The notes beneath the pieces are model-generated. The model did not search any database and was not told the origin of the DNA. It saw only the letters and a list, made by a program, of their open reading frames with translations. A stretch of 64,000 nucleotides of DNA. Source: Microthyrium microscopicum (lineage: Eukaryota). The stretch covers positions 577,481-641,480 of the forward strand of contig MU004232.1 of NCBI GenBank assembly GCA_010405405.1, given 5' to 3'. The translations under genes were made by a program, and so were the position numbers. Of this stretch, positions 37,891-50,124 are shown one piece after another (position 1 is the first letter of the stretch; the number at the start of each line of letters is the position of its first letter).

Positions 37891-40811
37891 ATGGAATCCG
37901 GCTTTCAGGCCAACTCCGATACGCATGGTAAAACACCTGCAAAGCCAGCGCGTAGGGGTAAGCGCAAGGAACCAAGTGGAGAAGAGGCCTCTAAGCGGCG
38001 ATGTGTGAGTACTGCTTGTATAGGTGCGCCTTTTGCCAACATTCCCCTTTTTTCTTAGATTACTAAGTAATTCTAGCTTGTAGAAGACGGAAGTCTAAGT
38101 AAGCGTAACCCCGTAAGATACAGGAGTCAGTTTGTTGACTGTTTGTGTGATAGATGTGATGGCAACTTACCAGCTTGTGCTGCATGCTCATCAGTCTACT
38201 ACACTGAATGTGTGTATGATCCCAACTCGGATCATAGGCGCAAAGGTGTATATCGCAAAGATGAAAAATTAAAACCTCGAAATACAACTCTGGAGGTTTT
38301 GATGCAGGCTCTACTCAATGGTACGGAAGACAAAGCATTCGACCTCTTGAGGCAAATCCGCGCCTGCGAAAGCCTGGATGCCGTCGCAGAAGGTATTCTT
38401 GCTAAGGGAGATGAAGATGATGAAGATGAAGAAGTCCTTGCTGAAATGGACGAGTCTGCGCTAGTTTCACCAACCTTTGAAACTCATCTTTCAAATAAAA
38501 TGGGCGCCCTTCAAGTAGAGGGAGGAAGTGCAAGATATATCGGTGGCACATCTAATCTCCTATTCCTATCAGACCCTGATCGAGACTTTAGCACAACTAG
38601 CACAGAACCTTCCATGGATCCATATTTTGAAGATGATGAGGATCCTATAACGTCTTGGACTACGATTACCAAGGACCCAACGCTCATAAAACACTTATTG
38701 AAAATGTACTTCACCTGGCATTATCCCTACTTTACGACACTATCAAGGAACCTATTTCTAAGAGATTTTCATCGAGGACGTCTGTCTGTCGCAAACGATC
38801 GTAGGAAACTGGAATACTGCACACCATTGCTGGTCAATGCTATGCTAGCTTTAGGTTGCCATTTCACTGGATGGCCTGATGCGAGGGAAGATCGAGAGGA
38901 TTCTGCGACTGCTGGTAATCATTTCTTCAAGGTATGTACTGAGACTTGAATATGGGTAGCAATACTGACGCTATGTAGGAGGCAAAACGACTGTTTATGA
39001 TCAACGACGAGTACGAAAAGGCAAAATTGCCAACTGTTCAAGCACTTGCTCTTATGTCTGTTCGTGAGGCAGGTTGTGGACGAGAAGCAAAAGGTTGGGT
39101 TTATAGCGGTATGAGTTTTCGTATGGCCTGTGATTTGGGCCTGAATCTCGATTCTGGTCTTATACCTGGCGCAAGAGAGTCTGGACTTGACGAGGAAGAA
39201 GTTGATGCGCGGCGCATGACATTCTGGGGATGCTTTCTCTTTGATAAGTGCGTGTACTCTTTCCTCGCAACATCATTCGCTAACTGTGTAGGTGCTGGTC
39301 AAATTATCTTGGACGATTACCACAATTACCAATGTCCATTGTTACAGTGCCAAAATTTGATGTCTTTCCAGATGAAGATTCGCAAATATGGGCCGCATAT
39401 ACAGACTCTGGATCTAATCAAGCTCATGCTCAACCAGCAAGAACAAGAGCTGTGGCACTACATATATCAGCTTTGTGCGAGATATCAGGCGATCTTATGA
39501 CTGAATTTTACAACCCTATCGACATAGATAAAGCGAAAGTAAAACAATCCGAGCTCAAGAAACTCAGCGAAATTCATCAGCGTCTAGAATCCTGGCGAAG
39601 AAATCTACCAGTTGAGATGGAGCCTAAAGAAGGAGGGTTACCAAATATGCTAGTCATGCAGTACGTCTTTTCCATATGATATGACTAAGTATGTAGTCGA
39701 GACTAACACTGTTTAGTATGTTCTTCCAGCTTCTATATATCCATCTCTTCCGCCCATTCTTGAAGTATAACCAAGCAACATCACCTCTCCCACCAAATGT
39801 TTCTCCTCGTCGACTTTGTACCCAAGCTGCGACGGCTATATCGAAACTCTTACGACTTTATAAACGATCTCATGGCTTACGACAAATCTGTAACGTAGCA
39901 GTGTACATAGCTCATAGCGCCTGTACAGTAAGTTCTATCCCTTCTGCACTCCGTTTCATGCTCGTCTCCATCCAACCCTCCTCGAAGTCAGCATTTAAAC
40001 CCCCATACTAACTGTATCTTAGATTCATCTCCTCAATCTACCAGATAAGAATGCCAAACGCGACATCACCCACGGCGTCAAACACCTCGAAGAAATAGCC
40101 GAATCCTGGCTTTGCGCCCGCCGCACTCTTGCCATCCTCTCAGTCCTCTCCCGTCAATGGTCTGTCCAACTTCCTGACGAAGCCGCTGCCGTCCTCGCCC
40201 GGACAGACACTAAATTCGCAGCCTGGAACCGCGATATTACTGCCCGCTACCCATCCAGCAAACCTAGCCTCTCCAACACCATGTCTCCCAGTCCGGCCCA
40301 CCAGGTCCTTGTACCGAACCCCAACATCTTTGCCTCTGCCTCTCAACGCACCTCCCCGAACTTTAGGCCATTACCCACGAGCCCGGAAAGCTTACCACCA
40401 CAAAATGCTGCAGAATTGCTCAGAGGGCATCCAAGTACGACAAATTCGACGCCACAAGCACAGGTCAGCCCCTACTCGTCTGACTCGAGAGGAAGTTTGG
40501 ATATCACCAGTGGACATAGTCCGTCTGCGGTTCTGGGCGCCGGTGTGGATCAATTGCTGAGAAGTGATGGAAACGAGTGGTGGATGAAGGATCAGAACCA
40601 ACTCGCCGCTGGCTTTGCGCAGTGGAGTGCAGCGGATGATAGTATGTGGCGGACAGGTAGTGTTGGTGGTGGGATCGTGGGTGCGGGAGTGACAAGTCCG
40701 AATATGCCAACTACTATGGGACTGGATGAGGCTGGATTGGCGAGGCTATTTGCAATGAATGGTGGGAGCGCTGGCATGGGATATCCGAATGAGAGTGAAT
40801 GGTATATGTGA
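37891..40811 (+). CDS. Zn(II)2Cys6 transcription factor with fungal-specific TF domain (NirA-like family)
   Basis: Spliced binuclear cluster KRRCVSTACIACRRRKSKCDG..PACAAC......CVYDPNSDHRRKG; YFTWHYPYF, TVQALALMSVREAGCGRE..GWVYSG, RRMTFWGCFLFDK. Several introns; start codon uncertain. Confidence 0.9.
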
Positions 40812-40984
40812 TGAGACTTATGCGGAATGAAAAGACATGTCGAATAGAATAATGTTATAGATACTCAATGTACACCTGATTAGAATCTACTTCAACTCAC
40901 TTGCATACGACTTGTACATCATGATTGGTACAGTGTACTTGATATTTTCCCGTTATCAGTTAGTTCTATCTGCGCTTTCTATAA

Positions 40985-42500
40985 TTGCGCATTTTGGCTG
41001 CAGCGCATTTTTGGTGTGTAGCGCATTTATATAGAAGTTATCTTGGTGGGGTAGCGCATTTATATAGAGCGCATTTATATAGAGCGCATTTATATAGAGC
41101 GCATTTATATAGAGCGCATTTATATAGAGCACATTTATATAGAGCGCATTTTTGGTGAGCAGCGCATTTTGGTAAGCAGCGCTACACACCATAAACGCGC
41201 TGCTCACCAAAAATGCGCTCTATATAAATGCGCTCTATATAAATGCGCTCTACCAAATTGCGCTGGGCTGCACGCAAATTGCGCTGCCATAGCTACCCCA
41301 CCAAGATGGCTTCTATACAAATGCGCTACACTATAATGCGCTCTACACCTAAATTGCGCTGCACACCATAAATGCGCTGCCCACCAAAATGCGCTATACC
41401 AAAATGCGCTGGGCTGCACGCAAAATGCGCTGCGGTAGCTTCGCGAAGCTACCCCACCAAGAAGGCTTCTCTATAAATGCGCTGCAACACCAAAAGTGCG
41501 CTCTATATAAATGCGCTACCCCACTAGGATAGCTTCTATATAAATGCGCTGCAACCCCAAAATGCGCTCACCTAAATTGCGCTGGCTGCACGCAAAATGC
41601 GCTACTCTATGAATGCGCTCTATATAATTGCGCTCTATATAAATGCGCTACCCGCCAAGATGACTTCTATATAAATGCGCTGCAACACCAAAAACGCGCT
41701 GCACCCAAATTGCGCTGCACACCATAAACGCGCTGCCCACCAAAATGCGCTGCCCACCAAAATGCGCTGCCCACCAAAATGCGCTGCCCACCAAAATGCG
41801 CTGCCCACCAAAACTGCGCTCTCTATAAATGCGCTGCCATAGCTTCACTAAGCTACCCCACCAAGAAGGCTTCTATATAAATGCGCTGCAAGTTCAACAC
41901 CAAATTGCGCTGGGCTGTACGCAAAATGCGCTACACTATAAATGCGCTCCACACCAAAATGCGTTGAGCTGCACGCAAATTGCGCTGTACACCATAAATG
42001 CGCTCACCACAAATGCGCTCACCATATTTGCGCTCTACCAAAATGCGCTGAGCTGCACGCAAATTGCGCTGTACACCAAAAATGCGCTGCCTCACTAAAC
42101 ATGCGCTCACCAAAACTGCGCTCACCAGAAATGCGTTCACCATATTTGCGCTGCCCCACCAAAAATGCGCTTCACTCAGCACCAAGTCTGCGCTCACCAT
42201 ATTTGCGCTGCCTCACTAAATTGCGCTCTAACAAACTGCGCTCTACCAAATTGCGCTATACACTGAGTCTACGCTCACCAAATTTGCGCTGCCCCACCAA
42301 ATTGCGCTGCACCAAATTGCGCTCTGCACCAAAAATGCGCTCACCAAATTGCGCTCCCCATAAATGCGCTCCCCATAAATGCGCTCCCCATAAATGCGCT
42401 CCCCATAAATGCGCTCCCCAGTAATGCGCTCCCTATAAATACGCTCTGACAAGAGTGGGCTCTCTATAAATACGCTCTGACAAGAGTGGGCTCTCTATCT
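40985..42500. repeat. Complex satellite array built on the core AAATGCGCT (units ~15-20 bp), orientation switching at ~41180
   Basis: Dozens of aaatgcgct/aattgcgct cores; near-perfect 15-bp tandem AGCGCATTTATATAG at 41052-41148; 17-bp tandem at ~41730-41820; 15-bp tandem at ~42350-42425; 31-bp duplication at ~42433-42497. Confidence 0.95.
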
Positions 42501-43146
42501 GGGACTCATGTTTGTATATCATGAGATTCTCTGATGTAGCGTGGCATATCTTTTTGTTCATCACCTACTCCTTCCCCTGATTCTCCATATGCTGCATTTA
42601 TAGGACCAACACGAATGATCCGGAAGCCACTTCACGAATCCCTCCGACACTCTGCCGTAAATTTCATCGAATCAGAAGACTGTAATCCACCGCCAGTGAG
42701 GTACATGAACCAATAGGATCATATTCGGGCTCCGGGTCATGCTCAAAAGTCAAAAAAAGCTTTTTTGGCCTTGACTCATCTATCCATATCATGGAAGTAA
42801 TGATAGAGTGGCATGTGTAAGAAGGACTTCTCGAAATTTTTCGAATATTTTGATGTTTTGATGTGGAAAAAAGCACTGGCAATGCTACATCTGCAGCGGT
42901 GAGCCTTATGTTATGTTATGGGACGAGGAGAGCCGATGGCGAAGCGTCTAGCAGCTCATTGGCTACGGGAAGGTGCTTTGGTGGGTTTGGATGGTGTAAA
43001 AAGTCCTTGGTAGGAGCTACTTTGGGGCTAGAGAGCTTGAGGTGATTCTGGGTTACGTTCTAGAATGGTTTACTTTGTCACTATGAAAATATTGGACTGT
43101 GAACATTGCATTGTTGGTCGTGGCTTTTCTGTGAACGTGTTAAGGA

Positions 43147-43265
43147 AGCGCATTTATAGGAAGCGCATTTATCATGAACGCATTTTTGGTGAGCGCATTT
43201 TTGGTGAGCGCATTTTTGGTGAGCGCATTTTTGGTGAGGCAGCGCATATTTGGAGAGCGCACTTT
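43147..43265 (-). repeat. Second block of the GCGC-core satellite, inverted relative to 41190-42430
   Basis: GAGCGCATTTTTGGT tandem copies plus AAGCGCATTTAT variants. Confidence 0.93.
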
Positions 43266-43516
43266 TGCTGTAGCGAAATCTGATTCAGAGTACTTATCAA
43301 TACTTATTGTACCCAGCATTGAACGGACCGACCTCGTCTGAACTACTTATCGGCTGCGTGCCCCTTGGAGTCATTGCATCAATGGACAACATAATTCAAG
43401 CATCTCTGCTCATGAATTCCAGCCTTATCCACACATGGCGATGTAGCAATGATATGGTCACCGGATTCATGGGGATTTGGCAATCGCAATAATCTGGTCA
43501 GTAAAAAATCTGGACA

Positions 43517-43838
43517 GAATCACCCCCGACGGGAAACATCACACTTGATTCGCAATATCGCATTTGAATGGCAATGTCGCACTTGATGGGCGATATCACA
43601 CTTGATGGGCAATATCACACTTGATGGGCAATATCACACTTGATGGGCAATGACGCATTCGATGGGAAATATCGCATTCGATGGACAACATCACATTCGA
43701 TGGAAAATATCGCAGCCAATGGGTGATATCGGATTCGATGGGTACTATCGGATTCGCTAGGTACTATCACATTCGGTGGGCAATACCGCGTTCGATGGGC
43801 AATACCGCATTCGATGGGACATGTCGCACTTGGTATCA
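43517..43838. repeat. 19-bp palindromic minisatellite, ~17 copies, consensus ATATCGCATTCGATGGGCA
   Basis: Regular 19-bp period; core ATCG-N4-CGAT alternates with ATCA-CACT-TGAT. Confidence 0.93.
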
Positions 43839-44384
43839 TTTAGTCGGTTGTTGCCATGCCTATAAGTTACATTTGTCTTAACTAGAAGCCTTCAATACGC
43901 ATTGGGAACCTGTGTCCCCCTTTTCATCCATTATAAAGAAGTATTTATACGTAGTTGCTCTAGTATGGCATTAAACAACTAATATGAAATTTAGCTGCTG
44001 CCTGTAATACATTCTACATTTTGAATCTAGCACCGTGTAGAATTTTCCAGCGAAAGTTATGCATACCACTCACGAGCAGTCGTTGCAGTGTTTGGCTTAA
44101 AGCAGAACGACGTGGGTTGAGATTGGTCAAATGAAATTCAGAGTTAAGCTGATATACCTTAGAAGAACTCCTTCTGCTTTTCTCCTACTGTATTCATTCC
44201 TCATTTAAATAGTTATTTCAACTTTTGTCTATGGCTAAACGGAAAAGCTCATGCCTTTTTATGACATGCAAGCTGGTTGGGCAAATTGTAAAAGCCCACC
44301 TTGCGTTACATAGGCAGTAGAGGAGGGATTAAAAGCAGAATTAAACGATGTCCTATTTTGCTAGTGGGTTACTGCTCCCAATAT

Positions 44385-44484
44385 GGAAGGAGCGACTCTA
44401 CTCTACTGTAGGTCCGGAAGGAGCGACTCTACTCTACTGTAGGTCCGGAAGGAGCGACCTACTATCAATGCAGGAGGAGCGACC
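44385..44484 (+). repeat. 31-bp tandem repeat (2 full copies plus 2 partial GGAGCGAC copies)
   Basis: GGAAGGAGCGACTCTACTCTACTGTAGGTCC at 44385 and 44416; partial copies at 44447 and 44473. Confidence 0.9.
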
Positions 44485-45786
44485 CTGCCTTGAAGTTGTC
44501 AGGTGTTAGATCTTGCAGAATATGTTGAAGAATCAAAAACAATATCTTGCTATACCACCGCTACAGCCCACAAATTAAACTCAAGCATTTCGAACTTTCG
44601 TTGCAGCCCGGAGATACAATTTTACACCCATAATAAGTGATGATCGCAGACCCTCTCCCCTCTATGTCAACCTTTACTCCTGAGGAATCCACCAATCATA
44701 GCCAAAATAGCCCACATCTTAGCCATCGAAAAATTGGTATTGTCGATTTAGCGTCCCAGATATTAAGTATTTATTCTGAGAAAAGACAACAGGGGGTGTG
44801 TCTCAGCGACCATCACTTTTTTATTATGGGTTTATCCTTTCAAACTGCTTCTTATTATTAATCATTCTGCTCGTTTTTGAGATACCTTCATGGTTATTAA
44901 AGTCTATCACTTTCTGCGACGTAAAATGTATAGCAGCAAGACCAGTAGAGTAACTGCCTCTCCTTATGCAGTCGAGATCCAGATCTCTGAGCCTCTTAAT
45001 CAAGCACTGTACGTGCGTGCCTAAAAGTCAGCTCGGCGGTTCATAGGTTGACGTGTCAGTTACAGCTTCGGGTGTACCTCTAGAGAAAAGATATGTACTG
45101 ATATCCTTTTTTCGTCTTGTTTACAACTTGAAGACACCACCGTGTGTTTATTCTCGATGGTTTGCTATTATCTTCTCCTTAGCGCGTCATTCTTCGACTT
45201 TTGGAGCTAGGTATAACTACCCTATTGAAGAGGGAGCATGTAATGAAGACGAAGTCGTAGTAAGTAAGATGATGGAATAAGGAAGCTATCTAGCTTCCGA
45301 TCCCTGAAGGGGATGGAATATCTATCTGACCCTAGCCTACCTCTTTAGGAATAGGTAAGAGCTATGATCTAACGTCACGTATCACCTATGAATGTCGAAT
45401 ATACCGCTTTTCTTCTAGATCTAAGCAAAGCTCCTCAAAGCATAAGTTCGAGCTGAGAAGATCGCATTCGTAGAACGGCAAGGGGTATTCATCCACGACC
45501 ATAAGACAAACTATGGAGATGCTAACGGTTCAAGACCGTCATAGACTAGCATGAGACTATAATACTTCAAAATTGGATACGGTGTGCTATAGTTACACCT
45601 TCCAACAATTTAAGTTATTGGTTGGACGATCACATCTCAAGACGTGTATTTCCGGAAGCCTCATCGGCAATATCAGGAATAAGCTAGCAGTCAGCAACAA
45701 AACTAGTGAAAACGTGATACTTAAAGCACATTCGAACTGGATACTAAGTATCCCACTCGAACTTTCACATTTCAGTCTTTCCCAGA

Positions 45787-47107
45787 ATGCTCACGACACC
45801 AAAAATTGCAATAATCGGTGCCGGCCCATCAGGCCTAACGCTAGCTCGCATTCTCTACTCCAAAGGCCTCCAAACAATCACCGTATTCGAAGGCGAAGCA
45901 TCCCGACATGTCCGTTCCCAAGGAGGATCCCTCGACCTCCATCCTACTTCCGGTCAACTCGCGCTCAAAGAAGGCGGTATTTACGATCAATTTTTGAAGC
46001 ACGCGCGGGTTGAGGGCCAGGATTTGAAGCTTGCGGATAGGGATGGAAAAGTTTGGTTGAACGTGGCCGATAGGGATACTGGCAAGCCGGAGATTGATAG
46101 AGAAAAACTGAGAGATATTCTGCTGGACTCTTTGCCGAACGGTATAGTGCAATGGGGGAAGCGAGTAAAGAGCGTGGATGTTGAACTAGAAGATGAGAGA
46201 CCTCAGGGACTGGTGCGGTTCGAGGATGGATCGCAGGAGAGCGGGTATGATTTGATTGTTGGTGCCGATGGCGCATGGTCGAAAGTTCGGCCGCTTGTGA
46301 CGCATATTCCACCATTCTACTCTGGTGTTGCTGGCATTGATATCAGACTCGATGAAGCGGATACACGACATTCTGAGATATCGAAGATGGTGGGAAGAGG
46401 AAGTTACTTTGTGTTTGGTGAGGAGGAGAGACGAGTGCTACTGTGTCAGCGTAATGGTGATGGGAGTATTAGAATTTATGCAGTTGGGAGTGCACCAGAG
46501 AGCTGGGTTAAGGGGCCTGGATATGACTTTGACGATGTTGAAGCTGTGCAGAAGGCGTTCTTAAATGACTATGGGAGTTGGGCTCCTGAGCATAAGAGAA
46601 TATTTGAGGATTTGAACTTCAAGGAAGGAGACTCAATCACACCGAGGGCGCTTTATATGCTTCCCGTGGGACTGAAATGGCCGACGAGAGTTGGAGTAAC
46701 GCTTTTGGGCGATGCGGCGCACTTGATGACACCATTTGCTGGACAAGGAGTTAATCAGGCGATGCAGGATGGGATGGAGTTGGCGTTATGTATACTTGCA
46801 AGCCTGGATGATTTAACAACGGCAGTGAGGAAGTACGAGGAGGATATGTTTCCACGAGCTCAACAGTGGACTCAACGGACGTGGGATAGTCTACAGGCAC
46901 GGTAAGTACTCCTACTCGTGAAGACTGTTGAGAAAAGCATGAGATCTACTCGAATATTAGAACCACATATTTGAGCCTTGTACTGACATTCAGAGCAGAT
47001 TTGCACCAGGAGGCATCGCTGGATTCTGTACCATGTTTAAAGATAGAGTCAAGAAGGAAGAGAAAGCTGTGGAATTCAAGGAGAATGATTATATTGCAGA
47101 GACATGA
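45787..47107 (+). CDS. FAD-dependent monooxygenase (TetX/salicylate hydroxylase-like)
   Basis: IAIIGAGPSGL, QGGSLDLH, PEIDR, DLIVGADGAWS, LLGDAAHLMTPFAGQGVN; intron 46902-46998. Confidence 0.93.
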
Positions 47108-47503
47108 GGGATCTCGAGATTGCTTTAAGTAAGCATATCTACCTCTTGGCCATCAAGACTATTACCTGAAAAGGGTCAGTATCAAAATCATCACACTCAA
47201 TCGAAATGATCGCGAAATTGTAGGAGAATAAGGAGCTACTAAGCAGTTCCCTAGGCCTCACGTAAGAATGATACAGTATAGAACTCGCTCACCTGAGTAT
47301 CCTCTCGCCAAGTCGCGAATTTGAGCAATGTCCTTTTCCGCCTCCTCAAGATCCTCATCTTCATCATCAATGAATTCGTGCATCTGCATTTTCTCTTTAA
47401 AACTTTCCTTTTGCTGTAGCATTATCAATATAAAGTCAGATCATCAGTCAAGCATAGACAAACCACTAAGTTATTCCAATACGATTTTAGATATCCTGGT
47501 ACT

Positions 47504-48424
47504 TCATCTCGATTTGTGAAACGGAGAAAGAAAACTATAATCTCTGGAATTAGCGGTAGGAATGGCATGTAGATCATTCAAGTCGATACCTTCATTGTGT
47601 TTGACCTGCTTGCTAATGGTTTGCTGCATAGCGAGGTTTTTTATCCCGAAAAAGCGAAATATTTTTTCCCATTCGAAAAGCGCATCAATTTCCGGTGGCG
47701 AAGATTTCAGATGCCCACGATCGGGTGTACCAGAGATTTGACAAACTTCTTCAAGGTGTTGACAAACAGCTTGAAGGGCCCGATCATCAATCCAGTCCAC
47801 GCTCAGTTGAATTTGCACTCTTCCTTCGACAGTGACAGCCAATTTAGCTTCATCGTTGTATTTGTGTATAGCCATGAAGATGATTTCGCTTGGATAGTCC
47901 TCCACAACTAGATGGAAGTCGTGCTTGCTACCGTCGCCAACAGCAATATCGATTGGAGTTGAGGACAATAGCTCATGGCCAAGTCCTTTATGAATCGCTG
48001 TCAGAAGCAGATGAGGCGACTGTCTATTGATAAACCAGGTGTATGCTCGAGGGACACTGTCCCCAAAATCCATTTCTTCGCGCGCTTCTTCGTAATCGGA
48101 GTCATGTTTGATATTGTTCTTCTGAGTTTGTGGCTCGGTCAAGGTCATCTGATCGAGTTGGTTGGTGGCCATGTCTAGGCTGCGATCATCCAAGCTCAGG
48201 AGTATATCGCTTAATGCCTTGCGGTATACGCACAATTGGTTCCACTGTTGCTGTAATTGTTCTTCTCTTCTATTTCTGCGCGGCCGTCTTTTGTGTTGAG
48301 TCGGCTGGGCCGTGATTGGATCTTTCTTTCCTGTTTGCGGCACCAACTTGGCCACGCCATTTTGCTTCGCGCGCTTTGCTTTGATAGGCGCCTTTGACTT
48401 GACACTCTTTGGCTTTTGCTTCAT
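47504..48424 (-). CDS. Hypothetical protein with basic N-terminus; distant relative of the downstream BTB-like family
   Basis: Long ORF from MKQKPKS; segments VVEDYPSEII, DDRALQAVCQHL and LFEWEKIFRFFG parallel the family motifs. 3' end may be spliced further toward ~47290. Confidence 0.6.
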   Translation of the reverse strand: MKQKPKSVKSKAPIKAKRAKQNGVAKLVPQTGKKDPITAQPTQHKRRPRRNRREEQLQQQWNQLCVYRKALSDILLSLDDRSLDMATNQLDQMTLTEPQTQKNNIKHDSDYEEAREEMDFGDSVPRAYTWFINRQSPHLLLTAIHKGLGHELLSSTPIDIAVGDGSKHDFHLVVEDYPSEIIFMAIHKYNDEAKLAVTVEGRVQIQLSVDWIDDRALQAVCQHLEEVCQISGTPDRGHLKSSPPEIDALFEWEKIFRFFGIKNLAMQQTISKQVKHNEGIDLNDLHAIPTANSRDYSFLSPFHKSR

Positions 48425-49305
48425 GGCGGCGCGGGGATGACAAGAATCGGAGCTGAAAGGGGAAAGTGTGAATTCTTGGAGCCAACAGGCAAAGATGCTA
48501 TGCGCAACAAGCAAAAACCCGAACTGCAAAAGAAGACGTCTGCGATACTCGAGAGAAGTTCTCGATATTTCAGATGACAATGATTGATGATGTGAGGTTG
48601 GAGGGTGGCGTTGGAAACATTGGAACTTTAGGTAAAGGTGCTGGATTGGCATTGCGTTTGGTTGGAAGGGGAAAGAGCAGGTGGTCATGAGGCAGGAAAG
48701 GGTAGGCCGCAATGCGCTTCCGTAGCAGGAGCAACTGGTGGATGGCAGCTTCCCAATAAAGAAAGTAGAACATGAGAATTAAGACAGCTCTTATGATTGC
48801 GATCCCCTTTCTTCCGGTTATCTAAGCAACCTTACTGATATTAAGCCGGATTGAAATGCAAACATTACTGAAACTTGGCTTTGTTACTGAGGTTTCCCTC
48901 TAAGACAATAACAAATTTTCTTAAATATTGCTGAGCACGAGGTTCTTGGATGAAAACGTAAGTTACGGAGATCTTGAATTTTGGAATCATGAATATATGG
49001 GGAAGACAACTGGCAGAGACTCTACATTTTGATTCAAGCAGTTGTACTATCAAAACTGATATTACATGATGGCTCCATTGCCGGTTTTAGAGTTTTGAGT
49101 GGAGCTCTAGTATCAAGTTCTAGAAAACACAATGGTCGAATGTTGGTTCGGAGAGGGAGCTCACAAGAGAATCGAAGCATGAAAAAGAATATCAATTTGG
49201 TAGAGTAAAGCATCAATTCATCATGAAGGTACTCGTAGCTATTTTGTCCTACAACAAGATAACTCATACACTGTCGCTATCGCACACCTATCAGACCGCC
49301 TCGTA

Positions 49306-50124
49306 TTACTTCTCATTCTTCCCACCCTGTGACGCCTGCTGCTTGCCCCGAGCTTGTCGAAGCTTCCTCAACTCATCCAATCTCTCCTTCGCCTCCTTGT
49401 CACTCATCTTGGCCTCGACCTCCGCCAAGCGCATTAGCAAAGCCGGACGCTCGTGTCGGAAGGAGCTCCGCACACCCTTGACCTTAGGAATGGGAGTCGA
49501 AGGATCCATGAGGACCAACGCCGTCGCCTCAAGAAAGGTCTGGATCAATGGGTGATCAAACTTGACAAACCAGCATAGCTCACGCATCTCATCGACCATT
49601 AAGGCAGCGCGTTCCATGTATTGCACCATGTGAGGCTCGATACGAGAAGCCCAGCCCTTTTGTCCCATGGCAATGAATGTCCGATGATAGGACAGCAGAT
49701 GCGTAAAGTTGGTCACTTTGAAGGTTAGGACGGGGAGATCAGTGGTGCCTTCCTCCACACTGAAGACGTCCAAGAGCCAGCCAGAAACGTGACGCATTGC
49801 GAGATCGTTGACAGACCACTGCGGTAGTATTTGTTGTTTGTTGGCACGGTAGGTCAATCCCGGAGCGACGGTTGCCATGATCTTGCTTGGGTGTTTTGTT
49901 TGGATACGGTCGTTGCTCTCATCCCACTCAAGCTCAAGATTTGTTGGGAGTGAAAGCATATGAGCCTGACGGAAGAGATAGGTTTGGATGGAGGGAATTA
50001 CGGGTGGTATTTCGATGGCGATGTGTAGGATACCGGACGGGTTGGCACTTTTTGGTCCAACGCCATGGACGTAAGGTGTTGCTTTTCGTACTGGTACGGC
50101 AGCTCGAACAGTCTTGCCGGACAT
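49306..50124 (-). CDS. Tandem family member 1, unknown function (BTB/POZ-like)
   Basis: Intronless ORF; motifs HLLSYHRTFIAMGQKGWASRIEP, FLEATAL, FRHERP, charged C-terminus. Confidence 0.82.
   Translation of the reverse strand: MSGKTVRAAVPVRKATPYVHGVGPKSANPSGILHIAIEIPPVIPSIQTYLFRQAHMLSLPTNLELEWDESNDRIQTKHPSKIMATVAPGLTYRANKQQILPQWSVNDLAMRHVSGWLLDVFSVEEGTTDLPVLTFKVTNFTHLLSYHRTFIAMGQKGWASRIEPHMVQYMERAALMVDEMRELCWFVKFDHPLIQTFLEATALVLMDPSTPIPKVKGVRSSFRHERPALLMRLAEVEAKMSDKEAKERLDELRKLRQARGKQQASQGGKNEK

Noticed and set aside
40956..42452. ORFs with repetitive peptides (INALY, GERIY, CAPHK repeats)
   Set aside because: They are translations of the GCGC satellite in several frames on both strands, with no sign of a real gene.
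43517..43838. CRISPR-like appearance of the palindromic repeat array
   Set aside because: Units are contiguous with no unique spacers, there are no cas genes, and the context is eukaryotic.
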